A stretch of DNA of 63,240 nt, filler included, from Gemmatimonadota bacterium (GTDB taxonomy: Bacteria > 4572-55 > J002), in assembly GCA_003697105.1 (NCBI GenBank). It is 3 parts of 3 records of this genome, joined end to end, with 100 filler letters (N's around TTAATTAATTAA, not from the genome) between each part and the next. Parts side by side here need not be neighbours in the genome. Positions count along the whole stretch, not along the records: positions 1 to 28,263 come from RFFQ01000178.1; 2 more parts are not named here. One strand, written 5' to 3'. Of the stretch, positions 1-9,681 are shown in pieces. Within the stretch, counting starts at the first letter, position 1. Each line of letters begins with the position of its first letter. The notes below the pieces were generated by a model. It was not told where the DNA came from and searched no databases. It saw only the letters and a list, made by a program, of their open reading frames with translations. Made by a program: the position numbers and the translations under genes.

Positions 1-174
1 ATCATAGCGCTTCCGGTCTAAACCCGCCACAAACTTGTAAAGAAGCGTCGTCTTGCCACTGCTCTTTGGACCGTAAATAAACAACAATCGCCCGGGCTCG
101 TTGGCAACCCAATCATTCAAAAACGCAAGCTCCGCCTGCCGGTTGACAAATGCGGACTCCATCTTCCATTTCAT
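1..174 (-). CDS. P-loop ATPase, archaeal-ATPase/AAA-like (N-terminal part; runs off the window)
   Basis: Manual translation from ATG 174: MKWKMESAFVNRQAELAFLNDWVANEPGRLLFIYGPKSSGKTTLL... It has the F-x-N-R-x-x-E-L start and Walker A GPKSSGKT; SD-like AAGGTG upstream. Not in the ORF track. Confidence 0.75.
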   Translation of the reverse strand, partial: MKWKMESAFVNRQAELAFLNDWVANEPGRLLFIYGPKSSGKTTLLYKFVAGLDRKRYD

Positions 175-185
175 GGCAAACACCT

Positions 186-1844
186 TTACTTAGCCATATT
201 CTGGACAACCAGAGCCAATGTGGCAACTTGTGTTGTCACTAAGAGTACATCTTTGAATATCACCCAGTAGTCACGTTTGGGTTTTTCCGGAACGAAAATC
301 GTGTCGCCTAAATCAACGGGAGTGCGTTCATCCGCCTTAACCCACTCGCCGGATTTGGCTTTGATAAGCCGCATCTCACCGGTTTGGGCATTCCAACTGT
401 AATCTCCTGCCAGTTGGATGTAATCCCCGACGGTACGATTGGGTAAGTAGCTGGTAATACCGGGGAAACGGACGGCTCCAATCAGATTGACGGTCCGGGT
501 CAATGGTTGGATACGGATTAAGTCTTTATCCCGCAAGACAATATCTTGTGTCGTATCATTTTCCTCAAACAAACGGACAAAATCAACCGCAACAGCACCA
601 GTTACTTGCCGGGATTTCGCTTTAAAATAGGCATATTCGATTTCGGTCATTTCTTCAATATTCATCCGGCGTAAGCGTTCGTATTCGGGGTCCGTGAGTA
701 ACTCGGTTTCCTGCCGGATGAGTTCGGACTCCAACAAGGATGCCGTTGAGGTGAAACCCCCCGCTTGCCGGATCACATCGGAGAGGCGTGTTTTTCCTTC
801 ATTGATGACATAAGTCCCTGGATAAACCACTTCGCCAACCACGGTCACCTGCTGAAGTTCGGGGTAATCTGCCCGAGATCGTACAAAGATACGGTCATTG
901 GGTTGCACCTCGACGTCACCTTCGCCAGATGCAAGATTGACCATCAACGTCTCTGTTTGATTTTTACCCGTGAACCGGACGATTTCAATAGCCGTTGGGT
1001 CCGCATCATCACGCAAGCCATGCCCGAGGTCGATCAGGTCCTGTAACCGGTCACCGGTTCGAAATTCAATTTCACCAGGGCGATTGACCGCCCCATAGAT
1101 GCCAACAAACCCGACAGCGGCATCTACATAAGGAACATAAATCACATCACCATCGGCTAAGTACGGATTTCCAGAAAGATCGCCGGTCTCTTGGTAAGCA
1201 AACAGATCAACGGGGTCGCTCGACTGATCGGCATGCCGCAGGTGAATATTCCGCAACGAGGGGTTTTGCACGTGGATCAGCGGTTTATATTGGCTTTTTT
1301 TTGCCGGGTCTTCTGGAATTTCATAAAAACCACCCGCCGCTTGAATCGCTTCTGAAACGCGATCCATTGCGGTAACTACATACGTTCCGGGAATCATGAC
1401 GGCTCCGGTGACGGTCACGCGAAAACGTCGCAATTGGGTCAAGCTCACTGTAATATCGGCATTCAGATAGACCTCACGGAGGGCAAGTCGTACATCGGTT
1501 TTCACATCGGCGAGTGATTTCCCGGCGACCTTGATCTCACCGACGGTGGGAATAATCAAGTACCCTTCTGGGGAAACCGGCAAGGTCAAACTCTCGTTGA
1601 CCATACTCCAAATGTTGATGGCAAAGATGTCGCCGGGACCCACGATGTACTGTTCCGCATCAATCGCCCATTCGAGAGCTTGACCCCGCCAAGTCGGGTT
1701 TGCCTGTGCCTGAATCAGTTTCATTTTTTCGAGGGTTGGTGCTTTCGGGGAGGAGGCGTCTTCGGCGAGGGTTACGGTTGTGGTTCCGCCAATCCAGCAG
1801 AAAACAAAGAAAACGGCATAAATCAGTTTGTGAGATAACGCCAT
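186..1844 (-). CDS. Polysaccharide export protein, Wza/KpsD-like (Poly_export + multiple SLBB domains)
   Basis: Signal peptide, YIVGPGDIF Poly_export motif, repeated V-x-G-[AE]-V-x-x-PG SLBB motifs, C-terminal hydrophobic helix. Confidence 0.85.
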   Translation of the reverse strand: MALSHKLIYAVFFVFCWIGGTTTVTLAEDASSPKAPTLEKMKLIQAQANPTWRGQALEWAIDAEQYIVGPGDIFAINIWSMVNESLTLPVSPEGYLIIPTVGEIKVAGKSLADVKTDVRLALREVYLNADITVSLTQLRRFRVTVTGAVMIPGTYVVTAMDRVSEAIQAAGGFYEIPEDPAKKSQYKPLIHVQNPSLRNIHLRHADQSSDPVDLFAYQETGDLSGNPYLADGDVIYVPYVDAAVGFVGIYGAVNRPGEIEFRTGDRLQDLIDLGHGLRDDADPTAIEIVRFTGKNQTETLMVNLASGEGDVEVQPNDRIFVRSRADYPELQQVTVVGEVVYPGTYVINEGKTRLSDVIRQAGGFTSTASLLESELIRQETELLTDPEYERLRRMNIEEMTEIEYAYFKAKSRQVTGAVAVDFVRLFEENDTTQDIVLRDKDLIRIQPLTRTVNLIGAVRFPGITSYLPNRTVGDYIQLAGDYSWNAQTGEMRLIKAKSGEWVKADERTPVDLGDTIFVPEKPKRDYWVIFKDVLLVTTQVATLALVVQNMAK

Positions 1845-1859
1845 AATTGATAAAACATC

Positions 1860-2952
1860 CTATTTTTGTTTTAACCATGCATTGATAAACAGATCAATGT
1901 CACCATCCATCACCGCTTGGGTGTTGCTGGTTTCAACATTGGTACGGTGGTCTTTGACAAGGCTATACGGGTGAAATACATAAGACCGGATTTGGTTGCC
2001 CCAACCGATCTCGGTTTTACTTTCTTCCAATTTCGCCTTTTCGGCTTCACGTTTTTCGCGTTCCAGTTGGTAAAGCCGGGCGCGCAACATTTTCATGGCA
2101 TTGTCACGATTCATGTGTTGCGACCGTTCGCTTTGGCACTGTACCACAATATTGGTTGGCAAGTGGGTAATTCGTACCGCCGAACTGGTTTTATTGACAT
2201 GTTGCCCGCCGGCGCCACTGGCGCGGTAGGTATCGATTCGCAAATCCTCTTCCCGAATATCAATTTCGATATTGTCATCCACTTCAGGATAGACAAAAAC
2301 GGCGGCAAAAGAGGTCTGGCGTTTGCCTTGCGCATTAAACGGAGAAACGCGGACTAAGCGGTGGACACCGATCTCCGATTTCAGGTAACCGTAAGCATAT
2401 TCCCCACTGACTTCAATGGTCACACTCTTAATACCGGCTTCTTCACCACTTTGATAATCCAAAAAAGCCGTTTTGTAGTTGTGCTGTTCTGCCCAGCGCA
2501 GGTACATGCGCATCAGCATCTCTGACCAATCTTGGGATTCCGTACCCCCGGCACCCGGATTGATGGTCAAGATTGCGTTCTTGACATCATCTGGGTCATC
2601 TAGCATGGTTTCAAACTCTAAGGCATCCAGATGCCCGGTGATCAACTTTAATTGTTGTTCCACATCGGCAAACACATGATCGGCATGTTCTTCAACGGCG
2701 AGTTCGTAGAGCACACCGGCGTCTTCCAACTCCGCGTGAATGGTATCCCAACGTTCTACCCAGCGCTTACGCTGGTTGATCTCATCATAAATATGCTGGA
2801 CATGCCGCTGATCATCCCAAAAATTCGGCTCCAGCGTTTGTTTTTCCAGTTGAGCGATTTCTTCACGTTTGCGGTCGAGGTCAAAGATACCTCCTCAGGT
2901 CATTCAAACGACCTTCTAGCGTGGTAATCGCTTCTTGCAATTCTTTAGACAT
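1860..2952 (-). CDS. prfB: Peptide chain release factor 2, with programmed +1 frameshift
   Basis: GGQ and SPF motifs. True start is ATG 2952 (MSKELQEAITTLEGRLNDLRRYL); the slip site AGGAGG-TAT-CTT-TGA-C at 2895-2880 continues in the +1 frame into the 289-aa ORF. Confidence 0.96.
2880..2895 (-). promoter_or_regulatory. prfB +1 ribosomal frameshift site (internal SD + CTT TGA C)
   Basis: Minus strand reads AGGAGG TAT CTT TGA C, the canonical RF2 autoregulatory motif. Confidence 0.95.
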
Positions 2953-2985
2953 GCGATATTTTCCTCAACTCCGGTTAAATATAAC

Positions 2986-3984
2986 TCAAATATAGTTCCG
3001 AAGCGCTTGTGCCGCAACTTCCGGAGGGGTATGGTTGATGTAAAATCCGGTACTATACTCAAAACCCACATCATCAAATAGCTTTGGTGTAATCTCCAAG
3101 CGCCAGTGATAATCATCTGATAACGTCTTCCAGTAGCCACGATGCGGGATTAAGTTTGGTGATGTATGCAATACGTAGGTGTACGGTGGAGAGTTTAACA
3201 CGTGCTGGAAGAGGCGTAGGATACCTTGCAACAGTACCGCTAAATCCCGAATTTGGGCGGCGGTTAGCAACGTAAAATCATGCTGATGCTCTTTCGGTAA
3301 AATCCAAACTTCAAATGGAAAACGAGAGGCAAACGGGCAGATGGCAATCATACTCCCATTTTCGTCCACCACCCGCTCACGAAACTGCATTTCCTGATCG
3401 ATAATATCACAGAACTGGCAACGTTCCTTGAACGCAAAAAATTGCTTTGCTGTATCTAATTCATGTTTGATACGTAGCGGAGTGGCAGGAATCGCTAAAA
3501 TCTCCGCAATGGAATGCCCAGAAGTGCTTTCTTGCGGGCGTGGTAGATACTTTTTAAATAGCAAGGCATAACGCACGTAATCATTCTCCCGCAAAGCATG
3601 TAATCGCTGGCGGTACACCTCAATGACCTGCTCTACGTGCGCCAGCGGCATTTGGGAAAGCTCCACACCGTGCTCAGGGGATTCAACGATCACCTCGTGC
3701 GAACCGGTACCGCTGACGGTATCATAAAACCCGACCCCTTCCAGTTTGTAATCCAGCGTATCTACCAGACGCGGTTGGGGATGCGGCACCACCCGCACCC
3801 GCCAATTGCCAGCCTCATCCGTCACGGTGTGTATGGCAGGAGCTAATCGACCCTCATGTCCTTGACAATACCGGCAGTGGGTACTTTCACCCGTCTGTAC
3901 CGGCGGATAGGTTGGGCTTACATCCACTAAATCCCGCACCAATACCCATGCCCCCACAATTGGGTCACGACGAATGTCCAGCAC
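2986..3984 (-). CDS. GalT-family (galactose-1-phosphate uridylyltransferase-like) protein with degenerate active site
   Basis: RRDP..G.WV, CxxC, GxHEVIVESPEH, CxFCDII, PFASRFPFEVWILPK and HWxLEIxP motifs are present. The catalytic HxHxQ is replaced by HSIAE. Confidence 0.85.
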   Translation of the reverse strand: MLDIRRDPIVGAWVLVRDLVDVSPTYPPVQTGESTHCRYCQGHEGRLAPAIHTVTDEAGNWRVRVVPHPQPRLVDTLDYKLEGVGFYDTVSGTGSHEVIVESPEHGVELSQMPLAHVEQVIEVYRQRLHALRENDYVRYALLFKKYLPRPQESTSGHSIAEILAIPATPLRIKHELDTAKQFFAFKERCQFCDIIDQEMQFRERVVDENGSMIAICPFASRFPFEVWILPKEHQHDFTLLTAAQIRDLAVLLQGILRLFQHVLNSPPYTYVLHTSPNLIPHRGYWKTLSDDYHWRLEITPKLFDDVGFEYSTGFYINHTPPEVAAQALRNYI

Positions 3985-4409
3985 CGTTGACTGCTTCTTT
4001 CAAAAGTCATAAAAAATAGCTTAAAAGTTGGTTGCCAATATATTCACATTGATCCAGACTGTCAATAGACAAAACCGGTCATTTGAAACCCCCCAACTTT
4101 CCATTTGGATGCAATCGACGAGCTCCTCGCCTCTTTCGGGCGGTCTTCTACTCAAAAAATATCTTTTTTCACTCCAAGGAACACCGTATATTACAAATAT
4201 TGGTCTTTGTTAATTGAGTTTAGGCTTTCATCTATGGCGTTCTGAATCGTTTATATGCCTCTGAATGTTAGTACGGGCATAAATTGCTAAAACAGAAACA
4301 CCACAAGACCCCTCACCGCCGGTTCAGACCAGTACTCCGATGAAAACACTCTCAACCGCATGAAGATCGGTTTGAGTTTACCTTTCCCCCCTTTGAAGAA
4401 AGGAGTCTC

Positions 4410-7400
4410 ATGAATAGAACGCACCGGCGGATAGCCCTCATACTGGGGTGTCTACTCCCGATGCTCCTGATAATGGAGTCCCCCGAAGCGTATGCTGCCA
4501 CTTCCCTCTCCGGACGCCATCTCTTTTTTGACCATCTGACTATTGAAGATGGGCTTTCCCAAAGTACTATCACCGCCTTACTCCAAGATCGACAGGGGTT
4601 TATGTGGATCGGAACACAAGAAGGCTTAAACCGCTACGACGGTTACACCTTTAAGGTTTACAAAAACGACCCCGACAACCCCTTCAGCATTAGCAACAAT
4701 ACCGTAACCACCTTGTACGAGGATGACGCCGGGTATTTGTGGGTCGGAACCGGTGGTGGCGGACTCAATCGATTCGATCCCCGCACCGAACAGTTTACCC
4801 GCTATTTAAATGACCCGCAAGATAGTACCAGTATTACGAGTAACATCATCAGTGATATTCTGTACGATAGCCAACAGAATTTCTGGGTTGGTACTGCCGG
4901 CGGGTTGACCCGATTTGAACCTGAAACGGGTATATTTACGCGCTTTCAGAATGACCCCGCGGATTCCAACAGCATCAGTGCGAATGGGATCAGCGATCTG
5001 TTTGAAGATCACACCGGGACACTCTGGATCGCCACGAATGGCGGCGGCATCAATCGCTACGACCGGACATCCCAGCGATTTAAACGGTTCATGAACAATC
5101 CGGCTGATCCGCGCACAATCAGCCTCAATTTTGCCAATGTGATTTACGAGGATAGTCAAGATACCCTATGGGTTGGGACGTTCTTTGGCTTAAATCAATT
5201 TGATCGAACAACAGAAACATTCCAGCGGTATCTGAACAATCCCAATGATCCCCATAGTTTATCGAATAATGCGGTCAATGCTATCATCGAATATCCTGAA
5301 GGTCATTTCTGGATCGGTACTAACGGCGGCGGGTTAGACCGGCTTGAACGCGAAACCGGCAAGTTCTACCACCACACCTACAACCCCAGCGATTTACGGA
5401 GTCTTAGCTATGATGCAATCACCACATTTTATGTGGATGACGCCGGTATCTTTTGGGTGGGAACCTTTGGCGGTGGCGCGAATTTGCATGATCCCCAAAA
5501 ACAAAAATTCCGCCTGCTAAAACATGACCCCAATAATACCAATAGCTTAAGCAGTAACAGTGTGTTCTCCATTGTGGAAGATAAACAGGGGATTCTATGG
5601 GTCGGAACGGTCAACGGACTAAACGCGCTTGATTTTGCCCAAGATTCCGTAACCCACTATTTTAGTGACCCAACAGACCCCACAACACTTGGCGCCAGTG
5701 CTATCTTTTCGCTCTATGTGGATCCGTATGATACCCTTTGGGTGGGTACAAACCCCGGCGGTTTGAATAAATTCAACCGTGAAACCGGCAGTTTTACCAC
5801 CTACCTCAACAATCCAGCCGATACAACCACGATCTCCGGTAATGTGGTCTCTGGGATGGTAGAAGATCACACCGGGGCGCTCTGGGTCTCCTCATTTGGC
5901 GGGTTGGATGTCTATGATCGCGCCACCGGTACCTTTCGACATTATCGCACGAATCCGGCGGATTCTACCACGATCGGCGCCAACTTCTGTTTTGACATTT
6001 ACGAGGATCGAACCCAAACCCTCTGGTTTGCCACAGCCGGCGGGGGGTTAAATCGATTTAATCGAGCCGATCACACCTTTACCCGATTCCAAAATAACCC
6101 GGAAGACCCACACAGTATCAGCCACAACACCGTGTTATGTATTCATGAGGATCATACTGGTACACTCTGGATCGGGACGAATGCCGGTCTGAACAAATTT
6201 GACCGGGAAACCGAAACGTTTAAAAGTTATCGCACCAAAGATGGTCTCCGCAGTGATGTCGTCTATGGCATTTTGGAGGACGAAACGGGGCATCTCTGGT
6301 TGAGTACCAATCTCGGTTTGGCAAAATTTGACCCGCTCACAGAACACATCCGGGTCTATGACGTCAGTGATGGGCTCCAGAGCAACGAATTCAATTCGGG
6401 TGCGTTTTACAAGCGGCGGGATGGGACGATGTTTTTCGGCGGTCTGTACGGGTTAAACATGTTCCATCCTGCGGAAATTAAGGATAATACCTACCAACCG
6501 CCCGTGGTGATCACCCGCTTGGACATCCTGAATAAACCGGTCATGGTGGGGGCAGAATCACCCCTACACCAACCAGTACACCGGACCCAGCACCTAACCC
6601 TATCCTACCGGGACAAGGTATTTTCTTTTGAATTTGCGGCATTGCATTACGCGGCACCGGAAAAAAATCAGTATGCTTACATGATGGAAGGGTTTGACCA
6701 AGACTGGAATTATACCACTGCCCAACGCCGCTTTGCCACATATTCTAACCTGAAAGGCAAAACATATATCTTCAAAGTCAAAGGTAGCAATGCGGATGGC
6801 ATCTGGAGTGAGCAAATGGCATCTCTTCAGGTCAAGGTAACACCCCCATTTTGGGAAACGCTGTGGTTTCGTATGGTTGTCCTTCTAACAGCGATATTGT
6901 TCGTCGTGGGGTTTTACAAGATACGCACCCGTGCCATCAAACAGCAAAAACGCTTGCTGGAACAAAAAGTAGAACAGCGCACCCGCGAACTTCGCCTTGC
7001 TAAAGAAGCGGCTGAAGCCGCCGCCCGCGCCAAATCCGATTTTTTGGCGACCATGAGCCACGAAATCCGAACCCCGATGAATGGCGTAATCGGAATGACA
7101 AGCCTGTTGCTAGGCACGCCACTAAACCGTGAACAACGCGATTTTGTAGAAACCATCCGCATCAGCGGGGAAGCACTCCTGACTATCATCAATGATATTC
7201 TTGATTTTAGTAAAATTGAATCCGGCAAAATGGAACTGGAGTGCCAGCCCTTTGAACTGAAAACCTGTGTCGAAGAAGCCGTCGAGCTATTTACCTCCAA
7301 AGCGGCAGAAAAAAACATCGATCTGCTATATCAGGTCGAACCAGACGTACCAAACTTTATTGAAGGGGATGTTACCCGACTACGGCAAGTGCTGGTCAAT

Positions 7401-8990
7401 CTAATCGGCAACGCACTCAAATTCACTGAAAGCGGCGAGGTGTTTATCTCCGTAAAAAAACGGGAAGAAGCCGGAGAGACCTTGGTCCTTCAATTCGCCG
7501 TAAAAGATAGTGGGATTGGCATCCCCAAGGAAAAATTAAACCGGCTATTCAAGGTGTTTTCACAAGTGGATTCCTCTACAACCCGCAAATACGGTGGTAC
7601 CGGGCTAGGGCTGGCAATCTCCCGCCGGATTGTGGAACTAATGAACGGCAACATTTGGGTCGAAAGTGAGGTTGGCACCGGATCAACCTTCTCATTTACC
7701 ATCCAGACCAAACGGGCAGAAGGGGTGCCAAAAGCCTATTGGGGACACGATATTCCGGAATTTCGGGGACGCCGGGTGCTGATTGTGGATGATAACGAGA
7801 CCAACCGCCGGATTTTAACCTTGCAATGCCAACGATGGGGCATGATTCCGACCGCCTTCGCCTCAGGAGCAGAAACACTGCACCATATTAAATCCGGCGA
7901 AATATTTGATATTGGTTTCCTTGATCTGCACATGCCTGAAATGGATGGGCTGGAATTAGGTATCAAAATCCGGGAATTGCGTTCAGAAGCGGAATTGCCA
8001 CTTATCATGTTTAGTTCCGGCACCAAACCGGCAGATTTTACCGAAAAAGCACGCGGTGTATTTGCGGAATTTATCGCCAAACCCATCCGGCAATCATTGT
8101 TGTTCAATGTGGCGATGAAAATCCTCACGGAAGCGGAAACCCAGACGGAATCTCACTTTCGGGACGCCGATAATGTAGATAACCAGTTAGCAGAAAAACT
8201 ACCTATCCGCATCTTATTAGCGGAAGATCACGCAATTAACCAAAAATTAGCGTTGGCTCTCTTCCGGCGTATGGGCTACACCGTCGATATTGCCGCCAAT
8301 GGGCTAGAAGTATTAGAAATGATGAAAATAAAGGATTACCATTTGATCTTCATGGATGTGCAAATGCCGGAACTGGACGGGTTGGAAACAACCCGGCGCA
8401 TCATTGAGCGCCTCCCAGACGCAACCCAACGCCCGCGCATCATTGCCATGACAGCAAATGCCCTGCGCGGAGACCGCGAAGTGTGCCTGAAAGCCGGCAT
8501 GGATGATTACATCAGCAAACCCGTCCAGATTCAGGAATTGCAACAAGCAATCTTGCGCTGGGGAGCGGCACATATTGAAACAAAGACATCCCTCGATACC
8601 CCTCCAGATACCAAAACCCACCGAAATAACGGATCATCACCACTGCTGGATTGGGCGACTATTCAAGAACTGGAAGCCATGGAAGAATTCGATCCGGGGT
8701 TATGCGCCGAAATGATGGAGATGTATCTTGAAGACTCCGTCCGGTTAGTGACCGCGATCGAGCAATCAATACAAAAAAAGGACGCACACATGTTAGGGAA
8801 GGAGGCACATGGATTAAAAGGGGTTGCCATCAGTATTGGTGCCGTTGCGGTCTCAGAAATAGCTTTGGAATTAGAACAAAAAGGTAAAAACAACGATCTA
8901 AACGGAGTAGTACCCCTACTTTATCAGTTAAAAACCATCAATGACCAAACACTCACTGAAATCCGTAACTATCAGGAGGACACCCCATGA
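4410..8990 (+). CDS. Hybrid sensor histidine kinase: Reg_prop beta-propellers + Y_Y_Y + TM + HisKA/HATPase + 2 REC + Hpt
   Basis: Signal peptide, about 14 D-x-x-G-x-LW-x-GT repeats, TM helix, [16 protein letters not shown]-box, GGTGLGL G2 box, receivers FLDLHMP and FMDVQMP, Hpt AHGLKG. Confidence 0.95.
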   Translation: MNRTHRRIALILGCLLPMLLIMESPEAYAATSLSGRHLFFDHLTIEDGLSQSTITALLQDRQGFMWIGTQEGLNRYDGYTFKVYKNDPDNPFSISNNTVTTLYEDDAGYLWVGTGGGGLNRFDPRTEQFTRYLNDPQDSTSITSNIISDILYDSQQNFWVGTAGGLTRFEPETGIFTRFQNDPADSNSISANGISDLFEDHTGTLWIATNGGGINRYDRTSQRFKRFMNNPADPRTISLNFANVIYEDSQDTLWVGTFFGLNQFDRTTETFQRYLNNPNDPHSLSNNAVNAIIEYPEGHFWIGTNGGGLDRLERETGKFYHHTYNPSDLRSLSYDAITTFYVDDAGIFWVGTFGGGANLHDPQKQKFRLLKHDPNNTNSLSSNSVFSIVEDKQGILWVGTVNGLNALDFAQDSVTHYFSDPTDPTTLGASAIFSLYVDPYDTLWVGTNPGGLNKFNRETGSFTTYLNNPADTTTISGNVVSGMVEDHTGALWVSSFGGLDVYDRATGTFRHYRTNPADSTTIGANFCFDIYEDRTQTLWFATAGGGLNRFNRADHTFTRFQNNPEDPHSISHNTVLCIHEDHTGTLWIGTNAGLNKFDRETETFKSYRTKDGLRSDVVYGILEDETGHLWLSTNLGLAKFDPLTEHIRVYDVSDGLQSNEFNSGAFYKRRDGTMFFGGLYGLNMFHPAEIKDNTYQPPVVITRLDILNKPVMVGAESPLHQPVHRTQHLTLSYRDKVFSFEFAALHYAAPEKNQYAYMMEGFDQDWNYTTAQRRFATYSNLKGKTYIFKVKGSNADGIWSEQMASLQVKVTPPFWETLWFRMVVLLTAILFVVGFYKIRTRAIKQQKRLLEQKVEQRTRELRLAKEAAEAAARAKSDFLATMSHEIRTPMNGVIGMTSLLLGTPLNREQRDFVETIRISGEALLTIINDILDFSKIESGKMELECQPFELKTCVEEAVELFTSKAAEKNIDLLYQVEPDVPNFIEGDVTRLRQVLVNLIGNALKFTESGEVFISVKKREEAGETLVLQFAVKDSGIGIPKEKLNRLFKVFSQVDSSTTRKYGGTGLGLAISRRIVELMNGNIWVESEVGTGSTFSFTIQTKRAEGVPKAYWGHDIPEFRGRRVLIVDDNETNRRILTLQCQRWGMIPTAFASGAETLHHIKSGEIFDIGFLDLHMPEMDGLELGIKIRELRSEAELPLIMFSSGTKPADFTEKARGVFAEFIAKPIRQSLLFNVAMKILTEAETQTESHFRDADNVDNQLAEKLPIRILLAEDHAINQKLALALFRRMGYTVDIAANGLEVLEMMKIKDYHLIFMDVQMPELDGLETTRRIIERLPDATQRPRIIAMTANALRGDREVCLKAGMDDYISKPVQIQELQQAILRWGAAHIETKTSLDTPPDTKTHRNNGSSPLLDWATIQELEAMEEFDPGLCAEMMEMYLEDSVRLVTAIEQSIQKKDAHMLGKEAHGLKGVAISIGAVAVSEIALELEQKGKNNDLNGVVPLLYQLKTINDQTLTEIRNYQEDTP

Positions 8991-9322
8991 AAATTTTGAT
9001 CGTAGAAGACCACCGTATCACCGCACGCCTGATTCAAAGTATTGTAAAACGGTTAAATTATACCGTTTTGGATACCGTCACCACCGGTAAAGAGATGATC
9101 GAACAAACCCGCATCTTAAAACCCGATTTAGTTCTCGCAGACGTAGAACTCGCCGGCGAAATCGATGGGATCACCGCCGCAAAACAAATTTATCCCACCC
9201 CGGTGATCTTTTTGACGGCGAATCCAGAACGAAAAGAACTCCACGGATTTACCGCCCTGAAAAAAAAGGGGTTTGAGATCGAAGAACTCCGCACCGCGAT
9301 GGAAAAAGCTACGCGACTGTAG
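8987..9322 (+). CDS. Single-domain response regulator receiver
   Basis: ILIVED, PDLVLAD and PVIFLTA motifs; ATGA overlap with the kinase stop codon. Confidence 0.9.
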   Translation: MKILIVEDHRITARLIQSIVKRLNYTVLDTVTTGKEMIEQTRILKPDLVLADVELAGEIDGITAAKQIYPTPVIFLTANPERKELHGFTALKKKGFEIEELRTAMEKATRL

Positions 9323-9460
9323 TAATACACTGTAAATTAAGTGCTTTTGTCCTTTTTAATTTCCGACATTAACAAGACATCTTGAGCCTTGCTACCAAAT
9401 TAAGCGATAACTAAAAAGGGTCGAAATTTAATTTGTAATGCAAATAATCAACTCTAACCC

Positions 9461-9494
9461 AAACCCTGAGGGAATTGCAGAACCCTCAGGGTTT
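9461..9494. repeat. REP-like palindrome AAACCCTGAGGG-N10-CCCTCAGGGTTT
   Basis: Perfect 12-bp inverted repeat. Same geometry and near-identical arms as 60491-60524. Confidence 0.7.
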
Positions 9495-9681
9495 CATATT
9501 TTTTGACCCGAACCCTCATCCAACTCATCAACTCCCGAATCAGGATTTAGGGATTAGGGGTTAGGGGGAACGAAAATCGCAACTCACCAACTCACAATTT
9601 TGGATTGTCTTTTCCCTAAATCTGTGCTAAACTTATAAAAATTCTGATGATAGTACTTTTCATTTAGGAGGAAGATCACCC

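Noticed and set aside
1860-2952. prfB pseudogene or sequencing error
   Set aside because: The canonical programmed frameshift signal is present.
4028-4213. 61-aa ORF in the galT/kinase intergenic region
   Set aside because: TTG start, no SD and no motif; lies in a divergent promoter region.
9545-9568. Telomere-like TTAGGG repeat or G-quadruplex
   Set aside because: Only three imperfect units; not enough to support either call.
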